A stretch of 27,694 nucleotides of DNA, taken from positions 1 to 27,694 of the forward strand of contig JAQBBT010000100.1 of assembly GCA_032125915.1 (NCBI GenBank). The letters are read 5' to 3'. The notes beneath the pieces are model-generated. The model ran no database searches. It was not told the DNA's origin and saw only the letters and a program-made list of their open reading frames with translations. Position numbers and translations under genes: made by a program. Below are positions 1 through 8,473 of this stretch, one piece after another. The stretch comes from Nitrososphaerota archaeon. Its GTDB lineage: Archaea; Thermoproteota; Nitrososphaeria; Nitrososphaerales; Nitrosopumilaceae. Position 1 is the stretch's first letter. Every line of letters starts with the position of its first letter.

Positions 1-102
1 CGCGTAGCTCAGCGCATGCAGGAAGCGCGCGATCACGGCAAGGCCCTCATCGAATGCACAGCGAAACACGTCGGAGAAGTGTGCCGCAGCGAAGCGGTGC
101 AG
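1..102. other. GC-rich segment foreign to the rest of the window (probable chimeric or contaminant contig end)
   Basis: Hand count: 64 G+C in nt 1-100 versus 43 in nt 101-200, with an AT-rich remainder. It replaces the expected C-terminal half of rpl18e. Confidence 0.75.
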
Positions 103-252
103 AAGCTGACCAATCCTATACAAATTGATATCACTCCTAGCAATAGATGGCTTTAGGGCATATTCGGCTAATTTGGCCCAAATCGGGGCGTTGTTTTTCG
201 TAGATGCCCTCTTTAGCTCCTTTGCCATTTGTATTACTACTTGACTAGTCAT
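103..252 (-). CDS. rpl18e: 50S ribosomal protein L18e (eL18), N-terminal 50 codons only
   Basis: Not in the ORF track. Hand translation from ATG 252: MTSQVVIQMAKELKRASTKNNAPIWAKLAEYALKPSIARSDINLYRIGQL, which has the eL18 'APIW..LA..L.KP....IN..RI' pattern. It lies directly downstream of rpoD, the canonical archaeal order. Confidence 0.9.
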
Positions 253-297
253 GTGAATAATTCGTTTTAAGACCCAAATATAATGTGTATGCTTGGA

Positions 298-939
298 TTA
301 CTCTACTTTTAATTGCTCAACCATATCTTTGAAATCTCCTATCCCATTTCGAAGTTCTTCTACTCCTGCGAGAATTATTTCTTCAGGGTTTAAGGCACCT
401 GTTGACTCTACTGTGAGAACTCTCTCGTTATCTTTACCTGTTTCAACTAGGGTTGCAATGTTAGAAGAATTCCATTTAGCATGTTCTCGTCCACGTCCAA
501 GTCGTGCATAACATTCAACTTTCACTCTTTGCCCTGGGGCTAGTTGAACAATGGGGATTTTATCCGAAACTGGCTTGATAGCGTCATCTTCTGATGTTAA
601 TTCATCTGTTAGGATAGTTTTAGTTACGTCTGTGTCTCCAGTATCTAAAACAAGCATTACTTTACAATTTGAACATCCTGTTTCACTTTGGCAGTCACAT
701 TTTGATGGTTCATTAAATCGTGTCAAGTCTGTCTTTATTGGTATCAAACCTAATCTATGTGCTAGGCCTTCATCAGGTAAAACTGATGAGTTTTCTATAA
801 CATCAACTGTATCTATTGCAAAAACAGGAACTCCATTTAGACACAATCGCCTAAGGGCATTTGCATACTGCAATGGAACGTCTTTTAGCTTTATCGACAT
901 TTTACTCTTATCTTTTGAAATAATCTCTAAAGAAGACAA
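298..939 (-). CDS. rpoD: DNA-directed RNA polymerase subunit D (Rpo3)
   Basis: ANALRR..L..VP, N(S)SVLPDE.LAHRLGLIP, Cys cluster CDC...CSNC, ARLGRGREHAKW; TTG start. Confidence 0.97.
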   Translation of the reverse strand: MSSLEIISKDKSKMSIKLKDVPLQYANALRRLCLNGVPVFAIDTVDVIENSSVLPDEGLAHRLGLIPIKTDLTRFNEPSKCDCQSETGCSNCKVMLVLDTGDTDVTKTILTDELTSEDDAIKPVSDKIPIVQLAPGQRVKVECYARLGRGREHAKWNSSNIATLVETGKDNERVLTVESTGALNPEEIILAGVEELRNGIGDFKDMVEQLKVE

Positions 940-946
940 ACCTTAA

Positions 947-960
947 TTGAAAATTTTCAA
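947..960. promoter_or_regulatory. Perfect 14-bp palindrome TTGAAAATTTTCAA between the rpoD TATA-like element and its start codon
   Basis: Self-complementary in the sequence. It lies 8-21 nt upstream of the rpoD TTG in the divergent rpoD/sdo1 intergenic region. Confidence 0.4.
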
Positions 961-1028
961 AGTCCAAATAAAAATCTAGCTAGTTTCACGCATAGATAAA
1001 TACCTACTTGGCTTATCTAATTTCATAA

Positions 1029-1715
1029 ATGGTCGATGTTACTGTAGTAAAGTATTCCTATGAAGGGGAAAAATTTGAGATTTTGGTAAAGCCTGACCCT
1101 GCATTAGAGTACAAACTGGGAAAGAAAAAAGACATATCTTCAGTATTGGTTTCTGATGATATCTATACGGATTCTAGTAAAGGTACAAAACCTTCCATAG
1201 AGAAATTACTGAAAGCCTTCAAAACAGAGGATACAACAGAGATTGCTCAAATAATCCTTCAAAAAGGTGATCTTAATCTCACAACTGAACAAAGGAGAAA
1301 AATGGTAGAAGAAAAAAGAAGGCAACTTGTTGAATTTATTTCAAAAACCTATGTTGATCCTAGAACTCATTTGCCTCATCCTCCCTTAAGAATAGAACAA
1401 GCAATGAAGGATGCAAGAATTTCTGTAGAACCTCAAAAAAATATAGATGTGCAAGTTAAAGACATTGTAGAAAAATTACGTTCTATAATTCCTTTAAAAT
1501 CTGAAAATTTATCTCTTGAAATAATAATCCCTGCACAATTTGCATCCCAATCTTATGCCGTTTTAAAATCAGTAGGTTCTTTGAAAAATGAAGAATGGCA
1601 AAATAATGGTTCATTAAAAGCAATACTTGAAATACCCGCCGCAGCAAGGCCAAACGTGATTGATAGATTAGGTTCTATAACCAAAGGCTCTGCTTCAGTT
1701 GAGGTAATGAAGTAA
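1029..1715 (+). CDS. sdo1: Ribosome maturation factor SBDS/Sdo1
   Basis: GEKFEILV.PD.A, DPRT.LPHPP.RIE.AM motifs; first gene of the archaeal exosome superoperon. Confidence 0.96.
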   Translation: MVDVTVVKYSYEGEKFEILVKPDPALEYKLGKKKDISSVLVSDDIYTDSSKGTKPSIEKLLKAFKTEDTTEIAQIILQKGDLNLTTEQRRKMVEEKRRQLVEFISKTYVDPRTHLPHPPLRIEQAMKDARISVEPQKNIDVQVKDIVEKLRSIIPLKSENLSLEIIIPAQFASQSYAVLKSVGSLKNEEWQNNGSLKAILEIPAAARPNVIDRLGSITKGSASVEVMK

Positions 1716-2395
1716 TGGATAATAAAAGAAAACACGTTATACCTGGCGATGTAATTACAACTGGCCCTTTTAGACCAGAGCAAAATGTAATTCTTGAAGG
1801 AAATAAGATAATTTCAACCATGATTGGTATTTCTGAAATATATGATGATGCTGTAAAGGTAATTTCTCTAACTGGAAAATACCTTCCGAAAATTGATGAT
1901 TTAGTAATAGGCAAAGTTATTTCCCATTCTTCTTTATCATGGGAACTTGATATCAACTCCTGCTATGTTGGATTTTTACCTGCTCAGGATGTTTTTGGTC
2001 GGGATTTTTCAGCTCATGCAGATGAATTAACTTCAAAATTAAAATCAGGAGATCTAGTGGCAGCTAGAATTGCAAATTCAGATAGAACACGTGATCCATT
2101 AATTACAATTGCTGACAGGGATCTTGGAAAAATAGATTCCGGAGACTTGGTTGAAATCTCTCCAAGCAAAGTTCCAAGATTAATTGGAAAAAAAGGAACA
2201 ATGATTCAGATGATTGAATCTGCGACTAATGCTGCAATCACAATTGGGCAAAATGGGTGGGTAGTAGTTTCATGTGAAACTCCCGAGGGATTATTAAAGG
2301 CTAAAAAAGCAATACAAATGGTTAATGAGCAGGCACATGTTGCAAATTTGACTGATCAAGTGAAAGAAATGTTAGAATCAAAAGGTGAATCATAA
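1715..2395 (+). CDS. rrp4: Exosome RNA-binding cap protein Rrp4 (S1+KH)
   Basis: YLPKIDDLVIGKV (S1), KVPRLIGKKG (KH GxxG), GQNGWV; 1-nt overlaps with neighbours. Confidence 0.96.
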   Translation: MDNKRKHVIPGDVITTGPFRPEQNVILEGNKIISTMIGISEIYDDAVKVISLTGKYLPKIDDLVIGKVISHSSLSWELDINSCYVGFLPAQDVFGRDFSAHADELTSKLKSGDLVAARIANSDRTRDPLITIADRDLGKIDSGDLVEISPSKVPRLIGKKGTMIQMIESATNAAITIGQNGWVVVSCETPEGLLKAKKAIQMVNEQAHVANLTDQVKEMLESKGES

Positions 2396-3132
2396 TGGGT
2401 GGACGAGAAAGTACTCTGGTATTGTTAGATGAAAATGGAATTCGCTGTGATGGTAGGAAAATTGACGAACCAAGACGAATAATGATTAAAGCAGGTGGTT
2501 TGAAAAATGCTGATGGATCAGCATATATAGAATTTGGAGATAACAAAATTCTTGTTGGAGTTTTTGGTCCAAGAGACGTTCATCCAAAACATATGTCTAA
2601 TACAGATACTGGAATTTTACGAGTAAGATATCATATGGAGCCATTCTCTGTAAGTGACAGAAAAAACCCTGCTCCTTCCAGAAGAGAAATTGAAATTTCT
2701 AAGGTAATAAAAGAAGCTCTATTGCCTGCAGTAATACTAGACAAATTTCCCAGGACAGCAGTAGATGTTTTCATTGAAGTTCTTCAAGCAGACGGCGGAA
2801 CTCGTTGTGCTGCTCTATCTGCTGCATCTGTAGCATTAGCTGATGCTGGGATTCCAATGAGGGATATGGTAGCTTCTTGTGCTGCTGGTAAAGCTGCTGA
2901 TACCATTATTCTTGATGTAAATAATGAAGAAGATCAAGCAGGTCAGGCTGATATGCCAATTGGCTATATGCCTAATCTTAAAAAAATAACTCTTTTACAA
3001 TTAGATGGCGTTTTAAATCCTGAGGAATTTAAGAAATGTGTCGAAGTAGGAATTGAGGGATGCAAGATAGTTTATGAATTACAAAAGAAAGCTCTAAAGG
3101 AAAAATATTTTCAAAATGGAGGAGATCAATAA
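2395..3132 (+). CDS. rrp41: Exosome catalytic subunit Rrp41 (RNase PH family)
   Basis: DGRK.DE.R, ADGSAYIEFG, PSRREIEIS, VLQADGGTRCA phosphate-binding motif. Confidence 0.97.
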   Translation: MGGRESTLVLLDENGIRCDGRKIDEPRRIMIKAGGLKNADGSAYIEFGDNKILVGVFGPRDVHPKHMSNTDTGILRVRYHMEPFSVSDRKNPAPSRREIEISKVIKEALLPAVILDKFPRTAVDVFIEVLQADGGTRCAALSAASVALADAGIPMRDMVASCAAGKAADTIILDVNNEEDQAGQADMPIGYMPNLKKITLLQLDGVLNPEEFKKCVEVGIEGCKIVYELQKKALKEKYFQNGGDQ

Positions 3133-3948
3133 ATGGCTCAGCGCAGTGTTATTGACGATCTAAAAAAATCACAAATTTTAGAATTACTTGATCAGGGAAA
3201 AAGAATAGATGGTCGAGCATTAGATGAACCAAGAAAATTAGTAGTTGAGGTAGATGCAATTCCTAAAGCTAATGGCTCAGCAAGAGTAAGACTAGGAGAT
3301 ACTGAAGCAATTTGCGGAGTAAAAATTCAACCTGATAGGCCTTTTCCAGATATGGGGGATAAGGGAATTTTTATTTGTACTGCAGAACTTTTACCTTTAT
3401 CTCACCCAAGTGTTGAAACTGGTCCTCCTAATCCAGATGTTATAGAATTAGCTAGGGTTGTAGATCGAGGTGTTAGAGAAAGTCACATGGTTGATGTATC
3501 TAAATTAGTAATTGAGAAAAACAAATCTGTTGTAGGTGTTTTTGCTGATATTGTTGTCGTAGATTATGATGGCAATCTTTTTGATGCCTGCTCTTATGCT
3601 GCAACGACTGCTCTTCTTAACTCGAAAATGCCAAAATGGGAAATGACAGATGATGGCCCAACACTTGTAGAAGGGGCAGAATCTGATTTACCAACATCAA
3701 CAATTCCTGTTTCCATCACAATGGCAAAAATTGGAAATCACATTATTGTTGATCCTAACTCTGATGAATGGGCTAGCATGGATTGTAGAATCACAATCAC
3801 TACTGACTCAGATGGGAACATAGTTGCAATGCAAAAAGGTGGTAGTGATGGATTTACTCTTGACGAAATTATCAAATGTGGTGATCTTTCAATTAAAGTT
3901 GGAGCACAAATTAGAGAAACTTTAAAAAATGCAGTAAAAAGCAGTTGA
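3133..3948 (+). CDS. rrp42: Exosome subunit Rrp42
   Basis: RIDGR...E.R, ANGSARVRLG.T, IELARVVDRG.RES, DGNLFDA, QKGG. Confidence 0.96.
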   Translation: MAQRSVIDDLKKSQILELLDQGKRIDGRALDEPRKLVVEVDAIPKANGSARVRLGDTEAICGVKIQPDRPFPDMGDKGIFICTAELLPLSHPSVETGPPNPDVIELARVVDRGVRESHMVDVSKLVIEKNKSVVGVFADIVVVDYDGNLFDACSYAATTALLNSKMPKWEMTDDGPTLVEGAESDLPTSTIPVSITMAKIGNHIIVDPNSDEWASMDCRITITTDSDGNIVAMQKGGSDGFTLDEIIKCGDLSIKVGAQIRETLKNAVKSS

Positions 3949-3952
3949 TAAA

Positions 3953-4162
3953 ATGGCCAAGAAAAAATCTCTAAAAGGACTGGGAGCTCGATATGGAATT
4001 AAACCTAGAAAGCAGTATACTAAGATACATCTTCAACTAAAACAAAAGAGAACATGTCCTGATTGTGGCTCTAAACAATTTGGCAGAGATGCCGTAGGGA
4101 TTTGGTCATGCAAAAAATGTACTTTCAAGGTTGCCGGATTAGCATATGACGTCAAACTTTAG
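3953..4162 (+). CDS. rpl37ae: 50S ribosomal protein L37ae (eL43)
   Basis: G(A)RYG, CPDC...GIWSCKKC zinc ribbon; syntenic position. Confidence 0.95.
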   Translation: MAKKKSLKGLGARYGIKPRKQYTKIHLQLKQKRTCPDCGSKQFGRDAVGIWSCKKCTFKVAGLAYDVKL

Positions 4163-4391
4163 CGCAAAAATTATTGTTGATGCTAAAGAAAAAACAAAGG
4201 CGATATTTGATTCAATAAACACTGACAATAAATTTTATCCAGAAAATCCCACAAACACAAATATGAAATTTACTGGCAAAATTGTAATATCCATTGAGTC
4301 AGATCACATTCCTCATCTTCGAGCTAATCTTAATTCTAGCTTGCGATTAATTCAAGCAAGTTATGATGCTATTGAATCTGTTAATACATAA
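4146..4391 (+). CDS. pcc1: KEOPS complex subunit Pcc1
   Basis: 81 aa with LRANLNS.LRLI (Pcc1 'LRA..NS.LR.I'); canonical position after rpl37ae. Confidence 0.85.
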   Translation: MTSNFSAKIIVDAKEKTKAIFDSINTDNKFYPENPTNTNMKFTGKIVISIESDHIPHLRANLNSSLRLIQASYDAIESVNT

Positions 4392-4459
4392 TTTTTGAAT
4401 AATAATTTTAGAAATTTTTCAAAATACTATTATCTAAAAGAAATTAAGGGAGATAATCC

Positions 4460-5119
4460 ATGGCTAAATTCAATCATGTTCCTGTAAATTTTACACAATC
4501 AGAACTTATCGAAAAAGATGGTGGGCACTATTATCAAACACCAAGTGGGGTAATCTACCCATCAATTACAACAATGTTGCAAAAAACACAAACTCCTGAA
4601 AAACAACAAGGCTTACAAAATTGGAGAGAACAAGAAATTGCTTCGGATTACATAACTCAGCAGGCAGCTATTATTGGTTCTGAAACCCACAAATTAATTG
4701 AGAATTATTTAAACGGTGACGAAATTCTTGAGCCATTCAAGCTCTTCTCTGAGGCTCATTTTAACAATTTACTTCCATTCGTAGATAAAATTAATGATAT
4801 TCGTGGTATTGAATTAAGACTTTATAGCGACAAAATGAAATTAGCTGGAACTTCTGACTGTATTGCTGAATATGGTGGAAAATTATCTATAATTGATTAC
4901 AAAACCAAACGAAGTAATCAACGAGAAGAATGGCTTACGGATCATTTTATTCAGGCTACATCGTACGGGGTCATGTTTAAGGAACTTACGGGGATAAAGG
5001 TGGAGCAAATTGTAATTCTTGTTTCAAGCGAAAAAAATACTCGTATGGAGTTTATTAAAAATCCTGATGATTATCTGAGTTTACTTGAGCAACGAATAGA
5101 CCAATTTTATTCCACATAA
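4460..5119 (+). CDS. PD-(D/E)XK exonuclease of the RecB/Cas4/MGME1-like type, resembling T4-like phage exonucleases
   Basis: YQTPSG..YPSITT.L, G.ETH..IE.YL, E..LYS....LAGTSDCIAEYGGKLSIIDYKT, and a Q...Y motif (FIQATSY). No Cas4 Fe-S cysteine set. Confidence 0.85.
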   Translation: MAKFNHVPVNFTQSELIEKDGGHYYQTPSGVIYPSITTMLQKTQTPEKQQGLQNWREQEIASDYITQQAAIIGSETHKLIENYLNGDEILEPFKLFSEAHFNNLLPFVDKINDIRGIELRLYSDKMKLAGTSDCIAEYGGKLSIIDYKTKRSNQREEWLTDHFIQATSYGVMFKELTGIKVEQIVILVSSEKNTRMEFIKNPDDYLSLLEQRIDQFYST

Positions 5120-5170
5120 TCAATTTTACATCCGGTAAAGATATAATGAAATTCAAATATCTCAAATAAC

Positions 5171-5578
5171 ATGTCAACTGGACAAATGCCTCCATGGCTT
5201 CAGGAGCAATTAATGAAAATGCAGCAATCTCAACAAAATCTTCAAGCTATAATGCAACAGAAACAACAAATTGAAATGGAGCGAATTGAGACTGATAAAT
5301 CCCTTGAAGAACTAAAAAAAGCATTAGATGAGGATATGGTGTATAAACATGCAGGTTCTATTTTGATAAAATCTACAAAAAAAGAACTCATTGAAGAACT
5401 TGAAGAAAAAAAAGAACTGACTAAAACCCGTTCTGTAGTTCTTGAAAAACAAGAAGGTAGACTAAAAGAGACTTTAAAAGAACAAGAGACTAAAATCACA
5501 GAAATGATGAAAAGTGAAACTCCTTCAGGAGCGTCAATGTCAGAAGGAAGATCACCCCCTGATAATCCTAGAAAGTAA
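5171..5578 (+). CDS. pfdB: Prefoldin beta subunit
   Basis: Coiled coil, then VYK.AGSILIK beta-hairpin, then coiled coil; syntenic with the exosome operon. Confidence 0.93.
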   Translation: MSTGQMPPWLQEQLMKMQQSQQNLQAIMQQKQQIEMERIETDKSLEELKKALDEDMVYKHAGSILIKSTKKELIEELEEKKELTKTRSVVLEKQEGRLKETLKEQETKITEMMKSETPSGASMSEGRSPPDNPRK

Positions 5579-5626
5579 GAGTCAAATAATTTCAAATAAG
5601 ATATTAACAAATTACTGGAATAAGAT

Positions 5627-6316
5627 TTGGTGAAATTAGAAAATTTACGAATAGTTGTAGATGAACGAGAAAGAAAAAGTGGCATACCTGATCTTCTCAA
5701 ATCAATTGGCCTGAATGTAGAGATGAAGACTCTTCCAGTTGGTGATTATATTGTAGCTCCTGAGACTATAGTGGAAAGAAAAAGTATTCGAGACCTACTG
5801 TCTTCTATTTTTGATGGCCGATTGTTTGATCAATGCACAAGACTGAAGGAAAATTTTGAATTTCCTATAGTTTTGATGGAAGGAAACGTTGATGAAATTG
5901 AAGAGATAGCCGAAAACCCTCTAGTGTTTTATGGTGCTTTATCTACTGTTGCCATTGATTTTAAAATTCCAATTATTCCCACTCCTAGTGCTGCTCATAC
6001 GGCAAAATTACTTGTATCAATGTGTTCTAGAAAAGAGTCTCAGAAAGGTCCATTTTTGAAAAAAATTAGAAAATCCAATGATTTAGAAAAACAACAGCTA
6101 TCTTCTCTTTGTAGTCTTCCAGGAGTGGGAGAAAAATTTGCTACTAGAATGTTGGAAAAATTTGGCTCTCCAATAAAGGCACTTAATGCTTCAACCTCCG
6201 AACTTGCTAAAGTTGAGGGCCTTGGTGAAGCTCGTTCAAAAAAAATAAAGAAAATGTTGGAATCTGAAAGTAAATTTTTAAAAAAATCAAACCAAAAAAC
6301 ATTACACGACTCCTGA
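5627..6316 (+). CDS. xpf: ERCC4/XPF-family structure-specific endonuclease (short form, nuclease + HhH2)
   Basis: IVVDERE, GDY, VERKS..DL (ERKx3D), and two HhH motifs LPGVG and VEGLG; GTG start. Confidence 0.93.
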   Translation: MVKLENLRIVVDERERKSGIPDLLKSIGLNVEMKTLPVGDYIVAPETIVERKSIRDLLSSIFDGRLFDQCTRLKENFEFPIVLMEGNVDEIEEIAENPLVFYGALSTVAIDFKIPIIPTPSAAHTAKLLVSMCSRKESQKGPFLKKIRKSNDLEKQQLSSLCSLPGVGEKFATRMLEKFGSPIKALNASTSELAKVEGLGEARSKKIKKMLESESKFLKKSNQKTLHDS

Positions 6317-6350
6317 TACCGTTAAATAAATTAAAAAATCTGAATCAATA

Positions 6351-7109
6351 GTGTTAGTTTCAATTGAATGGCTAAAAAATAATCTATCTGATCAAAATCT
6401 TGTCATTTTAGATACAAGACCAAAGACAATGTTTCTTTATGGACACCTGCCAAATTCTCAATCATTAACAATAGAACAAGTAATCAAATTTGATCAATAC
6501 GGTTCAAATTTAATTGGCGATGAGAAAACACTATCCTCTCTTTTTGGCTCTCTTGGAATTGATGATACAAAAACTGTGTTGATTCTTGGAGATTCAATGG
6601 ATCCCTCTGCTGCCAGAATTGCATGGACTCTTCTATATTTTGGTCATGCAAATACTCATCTTCTTGATGCAAATGTTTCTGAATTGCAGACAAAAGGATT
6701 TGAATTTACAAAAAAAATATCGTCTACACTGTCTTTGTCTTTTAATCCTAAAGTTACCTCTAACATTAGAATAGAATCTGATGATCTAAATAAAAATATA
6801 AACAATTTTGTAATGTTGGATGCTCGGACACCACAAGAATTTATGATGGGACACCTGCCTAATTCAAAATTAATCCCATTTACAGAAGGTATCAGTTATG
6901 ATGGAAAATTGTTTCGAGATAAAGATTTTTTGGAAAATATATTTTCTCAAAATAGCATCTCCAAAGACTCTGAAATTGTTTGTTATTGCATGCATGGGCA
7001 TAGGGCGTCCAGTCTTTTTTTTCAGCTACTCATTGCAGGATATGACCATGTTAAACTCTATGATGGCTCATTCGTTGAATGGCACGGCAAAGGTTTCCCT
7101 CTTGAGTAA
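6351..7109 (+). CDS. Tandem-domain rhodanese / sulfurtransferase
   Basis: ILDTRP....GHLP, LDART..EF..GHLP, active-site loop YCMHGHRA, C-terminal YDGSFVEW signature. Confidence 0.92.
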   Translation: MLVSIEWLKNNLSDQNLVILDTRPKTMFLYGHLPNSQSLTIEQVIKFDQYGSNLIGDEKTLSSLFGSLGIDDTKTVLILGDSMDPSAARIAWTLLYFGHANTHLLDANVSELQTKGFEFTKKISSTLSLSFNPKVTSNIRIESDDLNKNINNFVMLDARTPQEFMMGHLPNSKLIPFTEGISYDGKLFRDKDFLENIFSQNSISKDSEIVCYCMHGHRASSLFFQLLIAGYDHVKLYDGSFVEWHGKGFPLE

Positions 7110-7574
7110 TTTCCTCTTGAGAGGGGTTGCGCACACAGGGCATTCTCTACCACTTTTATGATTAGAGCGGCAACCGGGACAATAATGTACCCATGTGCCT
7201 ACATCTTTAATACCGCTGGTCATAACGGGTGAAATTTTTAACCCTAAATTTTTTGCAACATTGGAAATTGCAAAATCATCTGTAATTATTTCGCCCTTAA
7301 GATCAATGCATAATGCAATAATTGATAAATCCTGTTTTGACATCTGTTGATAATCTCCAGTATTCTTGGCGACTTTGATGGCTGTCTCTGTGTATTTTTT
7401 ATCTGGATCTCTGATTTTTAATCTATTAGTCTCTAGTAGTGTTTCTAAAACTTCCTGATTTTTCTTGATATGTTTTATTTCGTCGTATACTAGAGATGTT
7501 GTGTAACAATCATTAGAACTCCCAAATGGAATTCCAGCATAAAATGCGCTAGCATCTAAAATTCTAAAATCCAA
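7068..7574 (-). CDS. nob1: Nob1-like PIN endonuclease with C-terminal Zn ribbon
   Basis: ILDASAF PIN motif, S..DLS.IAL, TDDFAI.NVA, CPGC...CPVC. Confidence 0.92.
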   Translation of the reverse strand: MDFRILDASAFYAGIPFGSSNDCYTTSLVYDEIKHIKKNQEVLETLLETNRLKIRDPDKKYTETAIKVAKNTGDYQQMSKQDLSIIALCIDLKGEIITDDFAISNVAKNLGLKISPVMTSGIKDVGTWVHYCPGCRSNHKSGRECPVCATPLKRKLLKRETFAVPFNE

Positions 7575-8379
7575 GTTTACTCATCTGTCTCAGTCCTCGT
7601 TTCTTTAATCTTACAAAGACTGCGGGTTTTTTGTATTTTTTAATAATGATTGGTTCTTCATATCCTGCAGATTTTACAACTTGTGCATCCATAACTATGC
7701 TGCAATCATGAGAAGATATTATTTCTATTTGATCATCTGGTACTACAATTGATTCTAATCTATACACTGGGGCAACGGGAGTGATGATTAAAACATTAAG
7801 ACTTTCGTGGAGTATGGGGCCGCCTAATGAAAATGAATGACCTGTTGAGCCACTTGGAGTTGCGATAATCACTCCATCCATTTTCTGTTTAACTGTGTCA
7901 TTTTGGAATTTAATTTCAATTTCGGCTGTTTTAGTAAGATTTGTTCTATTGATATAAATTTCATTTAAAGCTGGAGGAAATTCTTTGCCTCCACAAGAGG
8001 CCACAACTCTAATTCTCTTATCTAAAAAGATATTATCTTTTAAAATTTGATTTATTGCTTCGTCTATTTCTTCAATCGTAATTTCGGCAAGTATTCCTCT
8101 GTTTCCTCCTACATTTATTGTAAGGATGGGTGTATCATTATCTAAATGTCGGAAGACTCTAAGAGTTGTTCCATCCCCTCCAAGTGTTACCACGAGATCT
8201 AATTTTTCTTTTTTCAACTCTTCCAATGACTCGATCTTTTTAGCACCTTCTACTTCAATTGGGGCAATGGTGTAAACTATGGATTTTATTGCAAGAAATT
8301 TCTTTGCAACGTCTTTGGCGGTTTCTTCAGATTCCTTTGAACCTACCTTACTGACAATTGCAACTTTGTTTAGTTTCAA
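7564..8379 (-). CDS. nadK: NAD(+) kinase
   Basis: LGGDGT, ALNE, DGVIIATPSGSTG.S.SLGGPI. Confidence 0.96.
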   Translation of the reverse strand: MKLNKVAIVSKVGSKESEETAKDVAKKFLAIKSIVYTIAPIEVEGAKKIESLEELKKEKLDLVVTLGGDGTTLRVFRHLDNDTPILTINVGGNRGILAEITIEEIDEAINQILKDNIFLDKRIRVVASCGGKEFPPALNEIYINRTNLTKTAEIEIKFQNDTVKQKMDGVIIATPSGSTGHSFSLGGPILHESLNVLIITPVAPVYRLESIVVPDDQIEIISSHDCSIVMDAQVVKSAGYEEPIIIKKYKKPAVFVRLKKRGLRQMSKLGF

Positions 8380-8473
8380 TCAGTTCTTCTGATTTTTATT
8401 TACTTAAAAATGATATTTTTGAGGTATCTTTTTGGAAAAACAAATAAGTATGAAACCAAGTTCATGAAATAAT

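Noticed and set aside
4460-5119. Cas4 / CRISPR adaptation gene
   Set aside because: It lacks the four Fe-S cysteines of Cas4, and there are no cas genes or repeat-spacer array anywhere in the window.
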